Positions 27,508 through 42,770 of a stretch of DNA of 64,000 nucleotides are shown piece after piece. The notes below the pieces were generated by a model. That model did not search any database. It was not told the DNA's origin and saw only the letters and a list, made by a program, of their open reading frames with translations. Where the stretch lies: NCBI GenBank assembly GCA_028023455.1, contig JAQFVV010000004.1, positions 11,718,001 through 11,782,000 of the forward strand, read 5' to 3'. The stretch's first letter is position 1, and every line of letters starts with the position of its first letter. Both the position numbers and the translations under genes were made by a program. Source of the DNA: Epiperipatus broadwayi (Eukaryota; Animalia; Onychophora).

Positions 27508-30500
27508 AAATTATGAAATTTTTCCTATACATAAGCAGGTGATAGAGAGTATAAATCAAAAAAAATTGAGGAATAAACTATTTTTGTTTAACATTAAAAG
27601 TAATAATAATTTTAAAAAAACATGGAATATATTTTTAGAAGTTTATTTATTAATTTCATTATGGAATAAGAAGCAAAACTATCCTCATTGGTCTACTACA
27701 GGAGCTGACTATAAACTTGTGATAATGAAAGAAAACAAAACTTCATTTAAGTTGATAAAAATGCATTTCAATAAGAAACCTTGCAGATTATCAAACTGTT
27801 TTGCCTACATAAAATGCAAAGGAGGTATAAGGAATTTATTTTTATTAATTTTCTTATGCAGCATGATAAAAAAAACATTTTCTACTTATTAAGACTATTG
27901 ACATTTCCAGATATGAATTTATTAATGACATTATTAGGATGATAATGGCCTTAAAGAAAAAAGATTAATGCAGACTGTTTTATTCAAAGTTTATTCTAAC
28001 TTTAATATTGTCTAAATATTGGTAATGTATTAACATGTTAAATATGAATTATTCAGGAGTGAAATCTGAGAACTTTATAATTCTACAGGTAAATATTTTT
28101 GAAGTTGGAGGAAATAAATGAAATATTTTTAAAAATATAATAAATATCTTCATTAAATAGGAAAATACATATTTACTGAACATGAAGAAATTTTATCAAC
28201 AACATAAGGAAGGATAAATTTTTGATATAAGAACTTATTATTATTGATAAATAACTTTTGTTTGGACTCATATTCATATTTTTCTAATTATGCTAAAAAT
28301 GGTAAAGAGTGTAAAGGGGAGAAAAAAAGAGGAAGAAGTCTCTTTTATTTCAAGAAGCAGTTGATTGTGGTCTTCATAGTAACAAGATATTCCCCTGGAA
28401 ATGTGATTTTTTATTTAATTCAAGGAGTTGAAGGGAATTTATGGTTATTATTTTAATTGTATTGATTAATATTAAGATAGTATTAAGTACATATAATTAT
28501 TTGTTTCATGTTATTTTTTATATTTAAGTAAAAGAATTCTTCTATATATAAAAAATAAAAATTTGAATTTTTCTTTGTTCTTGATTATAATTCTCTAAAA
28601 TAAATGAAATGATGTCCACAAGAGAGGCATCAATAATCATAAAATATTATGATTAAGGTAATTTTATTTTTTATAAAATATAAGATATTGGTATTGAATT
28701 TTTAAGCCATAAAGCAGGTAAAATAAATATGTGTAATATTTATAATGTGTGTACTTACATAAAAGTATATGATAAATAATTGAATAGATTCATTATAATA
28801 TTAATATAAATGTATAAGAATATATATGATTGATCTCTTTATAAATTAAATATAATTGACTTATTATATTTATGATAAATCATATCATAAATTATTTGTT
28901 TTTAATCTTATTGGTATTTTCAATAGTATGATAATGTTAGGGATAAAATTAGATGTTATTTGTGAAATAATGAATAATATTTTATGCAATGTTAAATTTT
29001 TTATATGGAGGGTTAGATGTTATGTAATGATACAGGAAAGTAGATTTATTGTAAATCCTGTAGTGTTGGCATTGTTAAGGTTAAAATGATACAGTATAGA
29101 GTAATTCAAAATATTTATGATATATGGATAGTGACATTTTTCTAAAATTTGTAAGAGCTTAAAATAGAAGCCAAGATAGAAAATTAACAAGAAAATGTAG
29201 CATTAAGTTACGTAATCCATGGTATCATTGTTTATTATAAATTTATAATGGTATCCATCCCCTGCTTGTCATGAAAAATCATACTGCTATATACATTGTA
29301 TTAAGGAATTGTAGATTTAAGCAATGGTAATAGCTGAAATTTTTAATGATGATAAGATAAATCTATTTAATGCAACAAGGATGAATCATAAAACAAATAG
29401 GATGCTAAAAGAATATAAAAATAAAGATTTTGTGAATGTTTCTATCGGATATTAGAGATCAAAATACAGAATGGAAGTCTGAAGTATAAGATATATGATA
29501 ATGAAAAGAAAAACTTATACTTATTCATGTTATTGTAAGCAATATAATAATGTGCTATGTCTTAATGAATATTTAAATAATTAAATGTTTATTTTATAAT
29601 GAATCATAAAAATGAAATGAGCATAGTAAGTTATAGTTATAATTAAATAATAATACCATATGAAGATTAAAGATAAAGTAATGCTAGTATAAAAGAATAT
29701 GTTTGAAATATTTATAATATGATAAAAATACAAATTGTATATTTTTCTGATGTATCTTAATATGGTAATATTAAGAAGGATCTTAATATTCATGGAGTAA
29801 AGTATGGAATATACTATATCCTAGTTGTAAATAATTTTAAAGTAAAAAATGACTTATTTTATTCCAAGTATTTTATTAATGTTAGTTTTTAATGTTTTGT
29901 ATAATCTGTTAAATATTTTTTATTAAATATAAGATGTGTAAATTATTTTAAGTTTTATATTACTACTGTAACAAATTCTAATGTTTGTTTTTAAAACAAC
30001 AAAGTATAGAGAGTCTCTTTTCTTGTTTCCAAGTCATTATTCATCATCCTTACTACACATATATTGTAATAATTAAAGATATCTGGTATTATTTTACATA
30101 ATATAAAAGAAAATAATAGATACAAAAAATATTGTAATTGTTAAAAGACATTTGATGTTGGATCCAAAATATTAATTAATTCAATTTTTCTTTATCTTAC
30201 TTGATGATCAGAATGAAGACTGTCACAATGAAGTTATTCCATATAAAAAGTATGCCATATAAAAATAAAATGATTGGAATATCAAACATGATGATAAGAA
30301 ATTATTTTGTATTTGTTTATTATAATTAATAGTAATAAGTATTGGTTAATAATTTTAACTTAGTTTTTATAGTCAATTTATAAAAGAATTTAATTAATTA
30401 TTTTGAAAGGGAAAAATTGATTAGTATATTTATTTCTTATATAATTTTAAATGTAACTGGATGAAAGTAAAATCCATCATTACATTTGGTTACATAAATT

Positions 30501-32669
30501 TAATATTTATTTTAAGAAACATTAGTTATGGGAAATGTTAATTGAATTAAGGAATGTTAATAAAGGAGTGACATATAATAATTTCCCTAAATAGATGAAT
30601 ATTATATTGTGTTATAATTAAATTTACATACGAAATTTTGATAATTAAATATAATTTGCTTATTTTATTGTGAGTCATGGGAGTATCATTAATATTTTAG
30701 TGGAGTAGTGTTTCATGATATTCCTTCCTATGCCATTGAGGATATACTTTTTGGCATATACTTAATGTTAAAAAATAGGTAGCTTACTGGATGATGAAAT
30801 AACAAATCTCATAATTATAGTCATTTTATTATTAAATAATTTATTAATATTAATGTAATATATTAGACATGAAGTGATTATATTTGTAGTGTTAAAATTT
30901 TATGTATAAGAAAGAAATTTGATTAAACAGAGCTAGAAGTTCATTGTTATTTATTATCTACCATACATCATAAAAGATAGGGGATGGGTTGTTGGTCAGG
31001 TAGCCTTCAATAAAGTTAAATAAAAATAAATAACAAATATCAAAAATAAAATCTGAAAACAAACTCAGTTCCAATAACAATAATAAATATAATAAATATC
31101 CAAAATTAATTGGGATCTAATATGGAAACCATCTTGGCTAATATAAGCATGAGTAAATATAGATAGAGGTTACAAGGGACTAGCGATTCTTATATTACCA
31201 TATATCAGCTCTTCATCTCTTAAGGCTTATAAGTTATAATTACAAACAGAATATTAGAAACAAGTTTGGCCAGCATATGCATGAGCAAATTTAAAGGGAG
31301 AGGTCACAAAGGGTATATGAAGACAATGACCTGCAATATTAAACATCGATTAAATCAACTCTAAGATCTAAAGCAAAATATTACCAAGATAAATTTAGTT
31401 TGCAATTCTACTTAATAGTCAATAATCAGGAAGGTATCCATCTATGAAATGAATATGGTGTTCGAATTATAAATTGGGTGATAAATGAATTAAGATGTAG
31501 ATGATTAAATGGGTAATGAAGAAAAAATAATGATTAACTAATGAAAATGAATGAAATTAAGAGTGAGGACAGGAAAATGTGAATGCGTTAGAGTAATAAA
31601 TAATTAAGATGGTGATAGAATATAAATCAATGAAAGATAAATCAATTATGATGATGACTTAAGATGAAATAAGGATGAAAAATAAAGGAACAAAAAATAT
31701 GGATGAGCTATGATAACAATATTGATGATGAAGAATTAGATCCTGAACTATAAAACTAATACTGTGTCAACCAACAGCAAAACAGTAAAACAAAATATTT
31801 AACTACTAAATCAAAATAGATTATAAGTTTTAAATTAGACAAGAACACAGAATCAATTAAACAATAAGAATAAACATAAGAGATCAAGACAAAGCACAAT
31901 AAATAACTTAAGAAATGAAAAATTACAATAGATTCATTAATTAATAATTTATTTTTCTCAGGGTTCAAATAACAAAATAATATTTGGGACAGTCAGAGGG
32001 ATTTTGCCACTACCTAAATATAACAAGAAAAGACAACTCCTAAAACAAAATAGAATTAATAAAGAATATTTGACAATTCCAATACTAAAATTAAGATGAA
32101 CTTTGAATTTTGTGAAGTATGAATAAATTTCTAAGAAAGTAAATATAATACTTTTCAAACCATCTTCTATTTAATGATCATGGGCAATATGATCAAGATC
32201 AGTGAATGATGTATCTAATAATTTAGATAAACTCGTTATTCCAAAACTAAATATTTCATCTTTAAAACATTATTTAAAAATAATACATTTGCTTAAGATC
32301 AACAGTGTTTTGATCATTAAGTAATAAAACTTTATGTAATTTAAATGTATGAGCTTAACAAGATTTATTTAGATATGCTAACACACAAAAAATCTACTAT
32401 GTCGGCTGATGATTATTATGACAACCACAAAATAATAAGTTGATAGCAATAGCAATAACAGTATGTATAGTGATTAGCCATAAGGCCACAGACAACTAAA
32501 TATATTTTCAAACAAAATTTATTTACAAGTGTTGTGAATATACTGATAACAACAAAGAAAACATGCATAATCCTGGACAATTGTGATAGAAATTTACATA
32601 TAACAAGATTTAATGACCACATTTTATGAATAAGGGAAGATCTCTTAGGATGTATTTAATAATTTAATA

Positions 32670-32830
32670 AATTATTAACTTTTAATTTATTATTACTCTA
32701 ATTTATTATTCATGTTGAGTTTATTTGACTTACTATGCCTTTTTATATTTTAAATAATTACCTTTTAATTTATTACTACTTAAATTTATTATTCACACTG
32801 AGTTTATTTAACTTACTATACATTCATATT
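32670..32830. repeat. 83-bp imperfect tandem duplication
   Basis: cttttaatttatta...tgagtttattt.acttactat starts at 32679 and again at 32762. Confidence 0.7.
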
Positions 32831-33429
32831 TTAGCTATTTTATGATTTTAACAACTTATCCACTTTAAATAGAAACAGGTAATATATTTCAAAATCGCTA
32901 TTCAATGGTTAATAAGCAATCAATATTATTATACAGGATAACACAACAAATATATTTAAGATATAACAGTTTAAGTTACCATATATTACTAGAAATTATT
33001 GACTTCTTGCTTTAATACATTTATTTAGGCTATTAAACAGCTAATACTGCTTTTAGAGTCAAGTCTCATTTTTCAACCTTCTAATATTAGTTTTGTCTTA
33101 TAGGATTCTTTAACACTAAAGAGAAATATCAGCATTTTAAAACAAATTGAGCATAAATGATAACTAACATAAGTTAATGATATAGATGGGATCATCTCAA
33201 ATGGATAGGCATTAAGTAACAATCTACTATAAAAATACTTTTAAGTAATGTTATTTTTTATCATCATTTTGGTCAGTGCTAATTGCAATATACATTTTCA
33301 AATACCACATTTCAGAAACAATTCTCCTGTTATCAATACCTAAGTATTAGATCTTAGGAATATGAACATAATAAAACATATAATATATCAAAAGATATAA
33401 CAGAGTTGAGCTAAGACAGAGAGAACAAG

Positions 33430-33612
33430 ACCATGGTCTGTAATCCCAGTGCCACTTCTGGATCAACTTTGAGGATATAAAAGAAAGGGGTGATCAATCC
33501 CTTGTATGAAATAACTATAACAACACATGGCTTGAAATGCCACTGTCACTGCTGGATCATCTTTAGGAATATGAAAAAGGGAAGGGATGGTCAATCCCTT
33601 ATTTAATAACTA
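33430..33612. repeat. About 100-bp diverged tandem duplication
   Basis: catgg..tg.aat.cca.tg.cact.ctggatca.cttt..ga.at..aaa..g..aggg.tg.tcaatccctt..ataact occurs twice. Confidence 0.7.
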
Positions 33613-34771
33613 GATCAATACAGTACAAATGTATGGCCATAATTTGCTCAAAGTTCGATAGTCATTATTCATTATTCACTCACAATAGGCATTTATATCA
33701 TCACTCAAGGAAAAAGAATAAGTTCACCTGATGTGATGCAACATGGACCTCCCACATATTCCAAAATATTATACACTCATCATTATAACCATTTAACATG
33801 ACAGCAGAAAAATCTAATACTAATATTACTTACCACGAATATATAAAGATACTAACAAAATGGAATGTATTTCTATTTGACACAAAATTTATAACTATCA
33901 TTATCAATTCAAGAATGACCCATAACTATAGCTGTTATTAGCCATTAATTAATTAATTATTATTATATTATATTTAATGTATTTAAATTAACTAAAGTCA
34001 TATACTACCGATTTATTATTATTATTCAACAATTGAAGCTTTTATCCTGGAAAGAACATAATAAGAATAAACTATAATAGTTTCTTGTCTGTATTCATGT
34101 TTTAAATATGAACGAAAATTACAACAAATAAGATTACTTTACCTTTTTTTTATATTTGATGAAATTTATATTTATCATGAGTTTAATTTTTTACACAAAC
34201 CAGTATTTATATTTCTAATAATAATGTATATAATATTATAGGACAACATATATAATATTAAATAATAATAAAGATCACTACATAAATTTATTGTTTCACA
34301 TTTCTTCTTGTGAAACTAAGAGAGCAAAACCTTGATTGCAAACCCTTTTAATATCCGCAGCATTATGTAATTAATAAATGTTCTTTCCCACATGGAATAT
34401 ATTTCATATTGATTTATTAGTTTACATTATAATCTTAATATATTGCTTGATTTAAGAACAATTGTAGTTCTCATACATTAACTTCAACACTTTGTTATTC
34501 TAGGAATTAAGAAAAAAAATTGATTCTTATCTTTGTCACCATATATGAGTTTCATATACTTTATTGGCTAATGGCACTATTTAATAATTAACACATTAGA
34601 AATACGATACACAATATTATTAACATAATTAATATATCAAAATTTAAGTTGACCTTTGATTCACTTTTAATGAGATTCTACAACTCAGTTCAATAAACAT
34701 CACTTGTTAACCGAAGTTGCAAGATGGTGTATTCATTTTTGCCCTAGCATAAGTTTTAAAGCAATGTTGAG

Positions 34772-34916
34772 AATATTTTATATTCTCTCTTTTCTTCATA
34801 GCGTAAGCATGTGTTTTAAAGACCTACAGAGGTCCCTAGTGACGATTTTTTCAGACGCTCATTGCTAAGGTTTACAGCCTTGTTAAAACTATTATAAGTC
34901 TTAATAAATATTTTAT
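34772..34916 (+). mobile_element. Single-arm relative of the 46367-46643 family
   Basis: tcttttcttc..gcgtaagcatgtg..aagacctacagaggtccctag..tttacagcctt matches the right arm at 46530-46620. Candidate 10-bp TSD AATATTTTAT. Confidence 0.55.
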
Positions 34917-36784
34917 GAACTTTATAATTTAATATCTTTATTTATATCATTTACTTAGGTAGGTATAAGTTATTACTGTATTTTTATTTAATTGCAATAT
35001 AGCATTTTTCTTTTTTTCAAAGTTTATTTTTTCCACATAATGAAATTAATATAGCATAATAAAATTGCAATTATCTTTCACTGTAGTTTATACATGTTGC
35101 AAGTGACTTATAAATTCAAAAACATCAATAAAAACATTAAGTATCTCCTATTATAGTTCTGCTTATTTTTAAATTAATTGTGACTGAAAGTACAAAATAA
35201 TTTTCTTTTCCTTCTTCTTGCCATTCCAAATAATTCATAATTAATTTTATAATGCACATAGCAAATATAATAATTAAAACAGTTTTAAAATAAAATTTCA
35301 AGCTTATGAACTTTTACCATTTTGGCAGGCTTTTTTCCAATATGTCTGCCAGATTTAAATGTGAACTCTTTATAATTATTGATTGGCAGCAGTGATATGC
35401 TTCATGTATGTTGGCCAAATTGAGTTCCTACTCCATTAGTTGCAAGTTAAAATACAATTCAATTTCATTTTTAATTTAATTCAAATTCAATTTTACTTTT
35501 TGATAATTGTCAGCCTCTTAGTTCTTTGTTAATTTAGTTCTTCCACTTTGTTCTTAAGTTCTCCTATTCTTTCGTTCTCCTGGTCTTACTTGTTGTTCTC
35601 ACTTATAAAAGAAATAAAGTTTTTTAAAAGAAAAGAAGAATATAGTTTATTAGATGTATAGGAAGTGAAAATTATTTTTAATTGAAGTGTTAAAAAATTG
35701 TCTTTTATTCTTGGTTTTAACAATACTTATCTATCATATTCACTTTCATCTCCATAAATTAAAATTATTGTACTTTATTTACTTTTCCCTCATAATCAGT
35801 TCAAACTCTTCTAGAGTTTGTCACATTTAAAACTCATTCTTTTAATTTCTGATACCTTTACCCCATTTTGTTAATCCATATTCCTAAAAAATTAATGTTG
35901 ATATTATTACATTATATTCACATTTTTAATAATCTCAAATATAATCAATTCTTGGAATCCTTATCTAAACTGGAGTAATTTTTTCATTTTTTTTCTCTAG
36001 TCATGTCAGCAGTATTTTTGCACTACTCTATTTGTGTAACAGACATACCACAATAATAAGTAATACCTATGTGCATTCAATTATATAAACCTAAAGTGTC
36101 AATAATAATGGTAATAGTTTGATGTAAATTTATTAAATATTTAGGATTTTAAAAATTTTTAAAGTTGTATAATTGTAACTTAAAATAGTTTCTGTGTGTG
36201 TGTGTGTGTGCGATATTAAACCTAATAACTAATATTGTTATATCTTCTCATAAAAATTACTTTTGACTATATTATGTAATTTATATTTTTAAAACAAATA
36301 ATAAACTAGTGTATAAAGTTTAGGAAGAGTAACTAGGTCATTTGGAATCCATTATTTATTTATGTAATTCTTAACAATCATTCAGGAATCACACTCCCTT
36401 TAAAACACAAGATACAAGTCTTTTGGAAAGATATGATAAATCCACCGTAACTTTTTAACCTGTATAGACAAATCTTAAGCATTTAGAAATAAGGGCATGA
36501 AGATCTCAATCATTTTATATTCCATTTTTATATAGCACTAGCGCAGATGAGTAATTCCGTAATGATTGTTACAAATTAAAAATATAGCGCTAATGAAAAA
36601 ATAACTCGTTATATAATTTTGTGTTTATTTAATTTAATATTAAAATGTAGTTTTTTCTCAATAATTTGCTTTATCTGGAAAATATGCTTAACACTTTCTT
36701 ATGAAGAATGACGAATAAATGATTTTAATGTTACAACAAGCTTAAAGCTTCTTTCTTAGAAAACATCTAATATATATTACCTAG

Positions 36785-36934
36785 GCAAGAGATTGCTGCC
36801 TTGCAGGCTGAGAACTACACGCTGGAAAAACAGCTTCACAGTTACCAGCAGTCCATCGCAGTGGCTCATGCCAAAGGCCAGTTTACTGAAGACCACTCGC
36901 CACTCGTCAATGGATATTAACTGGAGCAACAGAG
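36785..36934 (+). CDS. Putative coding exon, coiled-coil QEIAALQAENYTLEKQLHSYQQSIAVAHAKGQFTEDHSPLVNGY* (stop 36918-36920)
   Basis: Acceptor ttacctag|, strong donor AGAG|gtaagt, 150 bp, CpG retained. Joining to 595-737 gives ...TYQMRQEIAALQAEN..., which has a heptad-like pattern. Protein not recognised. Confidence 0.7.
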
Positions 36935-39900
36935 GTAAGTTCTTTACTTTGTTTATATGTTCACATCTTTACATCAATTATTTGGTTTTGCACCTACTTT
37001 GCATCACACATTCATACCTATAATTGCATTAGTAGCTCTTCTGTATACAATATTTTAAAAAGAAAGTTTCGTAATAATCAAAAAGTATTTGAGTCAAGTA
37101 GTTAAATATATTAGTTTATTAGAAAAAAATATGTATTTTACCATCTAAGTTCAAATATAAAAATCAATATATATGGTACTAATATTAAAGTTACAACTGA
37201 TCGGTATACTAAAACTGTAATATCTGTTTTTTGTCAGAATAAGATCTTTTATAACAGTATTTTAAATTGATTTTAAAGCAATATTTATTAATTAAAAAAA
37301 CTAGAAAAGAAGAAATTATATAATTATACAGAATAAATTCTTACTACAATGTCAAGATAACATAATTTTAGTAATCACTATCATACATACAAAAGCGAAT
37401 ATGTCTAATAAGAATAATTTTAAAACAAATAAAAGTTTATCTTCTCTTTTTGCTATTACATACCCCCCCTCCCACACACACATAATGGAAAATAGACAGT
37501 ACATCTATGTTCTGAAAATTGGTATCCTTATTGGATATTGTAGTGACTTCACATGTACAATGGCGCATGAAGAAAAGTAAAATATGAATAGCTAGCTATT
37601 CCTAGCTATTTATATTTGCAATTCAAAGTAAATTTATGATATAAAATACCCCAGATCTATATGTTGTGAACCATAAAATGTGTACTATATAATTTAGGCT
37701 ATAGAAGTCATTTACTTTTTGATTAAATACATAATTAGTTGAACTAATTATTTGTCATTTATTTCAACTCTTTATTTTATATCTCTTTATTTCTGTATTT
37801 CTATCTATTACTATGTATTACTGGAATTATATCAACATAATAATATTAATTATAAAAAAATAAATTATTTTAACAATTTTATGTGAATGTGTTTGAGAAA
37901 AAAATATGAAAGTATTTGCAATCAATTATTATGAGTATAAATTAACATTGCATAATTAAAATAATTATCAATATATTTTTATTTTAAATATTAATTGATT
38001 AACAAAGCTGTTTTTTAATTAAATGAAGAATTAATTTTATGTAATAAAAGTATTACTTTCATCATCATTTTATATAGTATCTTTCATAGCCATAAATGCA
38101 TACATTAGTCTAATTATATTAAAGGCACTTTCTCTGAATTGGATATGTTAATGAAGATCCTAATCTATGGTGTCCAGATTAAAGTGAAAGCCACAGCATG
38201 CTCAGAGCAGTTTTAAATTGTTTCAGGAGTGTTTGTTCTTGTTTAAGACTGTCTTCTCTTAAGGTGTAAATGCAAAAATAAATTTTAATAATTTGTATAG
38301 CCATGTAATTATAATATTTTGGTTCAGTTACAACTCTGCATTAACAGATTAGAAGCAAATGACTTGAACATTTTGGTAGATCCAGTTTATTCAATAATAC
38401 AAACATTATTTCAGAAATTACTATTTTGCAAGATAATGATGCTTTAATGCAAAGTATTTAGATATTCCAATATTGGTTTTTAGGAATATAATGTTTATAT
38501 ATCTTCTGTGGCTATCAAATATGATTTAAATATTTTTGAATCTTTTGATAAGGTTTGGTTAATAATCAGTAAGAGATTTATATCTTTCAACATCTTTGAG
38601 AGAAAGGGCTGTTTTATATAAATAATAATTTAATATTTATTTACATAAGTTATCAGCAGCCAAAGAATTCAATCATAAATAAGTATAGCCATTTCGACTC
38701 CAAGAGAAAAAAGAAGGGAAAAAGGAGGTAGGAAAAAAGATGAAGAGAAAGAAGAATATACACTAGAGATTGTGTTTTTCAATATCTATATAAACTAATC
38801 CATGAACAATAAATATGTGCACATATAAAATATATTGATCTATTTTTTTGAGAAGTTCATATCTTAACTTCTACTGCAGAAAGCTTTTCTTTCTAAAAGA
38901 TTTCAACATCTCATCTAATTACAGTTCTCCATTTAATTTTAGTTTGTTATTTTGCTTAATAAATTTATCAGATTCCTCCATCAGTTGCTAGTATATTAGC
39001 TTCAAGAAGCTAATAATTGCATTCTGCGACATCTCAAGAGACCTATGGAGTTTGGTCATTTCAAACTTCAGCTTTGTATCAGTTTGTGCTGTACTTGGAA
39101 AACATTTCTAATATTATTTTGATATATAATATTTTACTAGAACAATAGTACTGATATTTCAGCTTCACCATATTTATCGCAGTACTACTTTTCATATACA
39201 GCTTCAGCTACTTTTGAATACAGTGTTTCACAGTTATTATTATGATATATGCATATGCTTTAGTAACCATATAACAATGAATAACTAAACAAAATTAAAT
39301 GAATAATTGATTTACATGTGAATTTTTGTTTCAATCAAATGTTTTTTTAAATAAAAACCTATTTTTGTGAACCATTGCACAAGTTTTGGTATGATAATAA
39401 TATTACTAATTCATTTTTATATTACCATTGATTAATAATCCCAGCTATTTAAATTATTTAGTACAAGTTATATCTAAAGAGTGAATGTTATATAATAATA
39501 ATAAATAATATGTTCATCTGAGAATAATTCTTCTTCTATTTAAATGGAAAATAAAAAGCTATTTAAATTTACTCTTCTCTTCATGATGAAACTTCGTATT
39601 TGTATATTTTTCTTCAATGACATGGAACATATATGTATAAAGACAAAACATACATTATTTTTAATAATTTTACAAATACTAAATATTGATGGACCTTTTG
39701 GTATCTTATTCTAGATAACTTTCGGATATGACATAACCACACAAGCAGTCACTTAAAAAGCAGTATTTTAATCTGGAATAATGTCATTTCTTTATTTATT
39801 TGCTTGACTCACTTATAAATTACAGAGGAATTACTAATTCTAGCTTTAAATAAGAGAGATAAATCAAACATTAACATTTTACAAGTGTGAAAACTGGAAG

Positions 39901-42059
39901 TATTATAATTTTTCAAATGGATGCTTTGATCAAGCCACACTTGGGAAGCCAAGGGTAACTGATTACAAGTATATAAGATAATGACCTGTTAACTCAAATC
40001 ATAAATTATTATAAACATATTGAGGAATGTTATCATCTTAAAGTCTATTGCTGATAACGTTAAAGCCACAACAGTATTTTCCTGCTCATCATGCAAATAT
40101 AACCCACAATACCCAAGATAGCTAGAATATTTATTAATTTGGGGTTATAATATTAAAGATCCATAATAGTCCCACTAACTATCTAGTTTTAAACTTATAC
40201 CTTTAGTAGAAATCCTGTTAGCACAAAATCATGTCTTTGAGATTCATGAAACTCACTAGCAATGTTGCACTACTTAGTCATCTTAGTGAAATGTATAAAT
40301 GAAAAGTGAATAAAGCATAAATATATATAATAAGAACAGTTTTATTCTAATAACATGTCAAAATCAAATGAACCAGAAGTTCATGTATTATAGATTGTAT
40401 ATTTTTTGTATACTAATTTTGTACGCATATTATTTTACTAAGTAAAATCTTATTTTTTTGGCGGACTGTAATGATATGAAGTGATATTTAGATATGCTGC
40501 AAGGATAATTTTAAAAAGTCAATAGGAATTTTTTAATTAAATATTTTTAGCAAATTTTAATGAATAAAAATTATATTAGTATATACACAGATAAAGGTAT
40601 ACGGTATTATTAATTATAAGTTTATTTTAAAAGTATGGTAAAACAAAAAGTGTTTTTTATTAACAATTATAAAGTGGAAACGATATTATTTTATAAAAAG
40701 TAATTAAATTCTTATAAACAGATCGATTAATTAAGAAGATAAGTATTTGATTTAATTTAGTGTGGTAATCTTTTTCAAAGTTAACATTTTATAAATGTTG
40801 TGACTGTCCATATAAGCCATGGACTAAAATGGAGTTCAGAAGTTATCTCCCACCAATAGATCAATGGATTGAAATGACCAATGATGGATCTGATTTTGCT
40901 GGTAAACCAACTCCAGATACTATAAGTAGGTGTTGTAAATCATGATTATTGCTGAAGCACTTTGATTGAAGTTTGTACTTTTGATTGTGACTCTACTATA
41001 TTAATTGTGCTGATATTGAAATACTGTACAGGAGTAAAGAATTCACCATCTACTTCACTATGGCCAGGTGGCAGAGTGCAAGCTGAAAGTCCATTGAGAA
41101 ATATGGAAAGAAGTCATCAGCCAATTTAGAAATGTGTTAAGGAGCATTGTGTCCAATATATGCCTACATTTCAAGAGTCTGTTGCTTTGTGGAGAACCTC
41201 ACTGTCAATCAACAAGTATACCATTGTCAGGTGCTGCCCAGTAAATTAAGATGGAAATGATTAAAACTTGCCCCCACCACAGCTATGGTACAACAAAAAG
41301 GGTACCATTTACCTGAAGTCCAAGCTTGAACTCTTAGTGATGAAAGAGAATGGGTATAAACTTTAAAAATTATATTATTATAAATGTCTAATACTAGTGT
41401 TAAGTATTTGTCTCCATTATACTAGAAGTATTTTATAAATTATTGTTATTATTGATTTTGTGTATGAGTCTATCTGTTTATAAATGAGTATGATAGGGAA
41501 TTGTTATTTTGTTTTATCATGCCACAATTCAGTAAGGGTAACTCTAAGTGGAGTAAATTTTCATATAAAGCAATAAACTTTTTATCACAATCCTTGGCCA
41601 TGCATATAAAAACTTCCATGTTTTGCAACCAGTCATTTCCACTACCTATAAATATAAAAAAAATGTCAAAAAATAATTTAATCAAGCTTAATGAACCCTG
41701 GATAGGATATAAAACAGGCTGCATAGATAGAATAAAATATTATTGACATTTTATTGCCTTTAATAATTCAAAGTTTAAGCAAACTACCATCCTAATTTGG
41801 GAACAATAATTGAGCACATTAGTGTAATTGTAATGATATAAATTTACTTCAGGTTGTTTTATTTGTGATGCTGCTTGCATTCATTATTTTACTTAGAGCA
41901 GTAATATGTGATAGACCGACATTTCTTCTACTATATATCATATGCTTTATTTTGTATATGACTTAGGATGATATCGTTTGCACTTTTACCAGTATTTTAT
42001 GATAGAAGCACATTCCTAACACATATGTATTTGTTTATTCATAAAAGTGGTTTACTTAC

Positions 42060-42770
42060 CTTAATCCTGCAATCAAATTTTCTGGATATATAAGAAAAGT
42101 CATGCTAATCAGAAAATTTTATAAAAATGCAAATAAAAACAAAAACATAAATAATCTGACAAAAGCATGGATAAGCCTCCCATATATCCCTAGGATTGCA
42201 AAAAATCTATGGAATATATATGCACTAACACTTACAGAACAAGCTTTAGTTTGCCTTTATCACTAAACAGCTTACTAAACAACTCAAAAGACAAAATATC
42301 AGTTGAGCATGCTCGTCAAATAATGTATAAAATCACATGCAGTGTCTCATCCTACAGTTCTGTATATTCTGTTGAATCTCAATCAAGTAGGTCCATGAGA
42401 ATTGCCCAGAATATATACTTGTACAACAGGGCAAAATAGGACAATGAATACATATCAATCTTTCATGATCCTGAACTCACTATGGATCATCCTTTCATTT
42501 CCACCAATGTAAGAACAATTTGTGCTAAAAGAGATGACAGAAGAAGAAAATATAAAGAGGCTTGGGTAATCACAAAAGATCCACATTCAATCAATAGAAA
42601 GGATTCATGCATTTCATTGTTGAGAAAAAGGTAAATTTAAATGTTATATTTACATATTAAGCTTCATTTACATATGGTCCATATATATAGGCATACTTCT
42701 AACTGCTAACCCCTAAACAGAGCTATGATTCTAACAGTAATATGCTGAAAGCTTACTGAGGGCATGTAAA
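42060..42770 (+). mobile_element. Penelope-like element 3' fragment (RT thumb/linker plus GIY-YIG endonuclease, frameshifted)
   Basis: PYIP, LNSLLNNSKDKI...IMYKITC..VYSVE, and HPFISTNVRTICAKRDDRRRKYKEAWVITKDPHSIN in successive frames. Confidence 0.75.

Noticed and set aside
27473-27892. 139-aa ORF with TTG start
   Set aside because: Composition typical of random AT-rich DNA (K/N/I/F-rich) with no domain.
27900-32200. Possible ancient retroelement
   Set aside because: No diagnostic motifs could be reconstructed.
40810-41350. GC-richer block, a possible exon or UTR
   Set aside because: No sustained ORF, clear splice sites or family motif.
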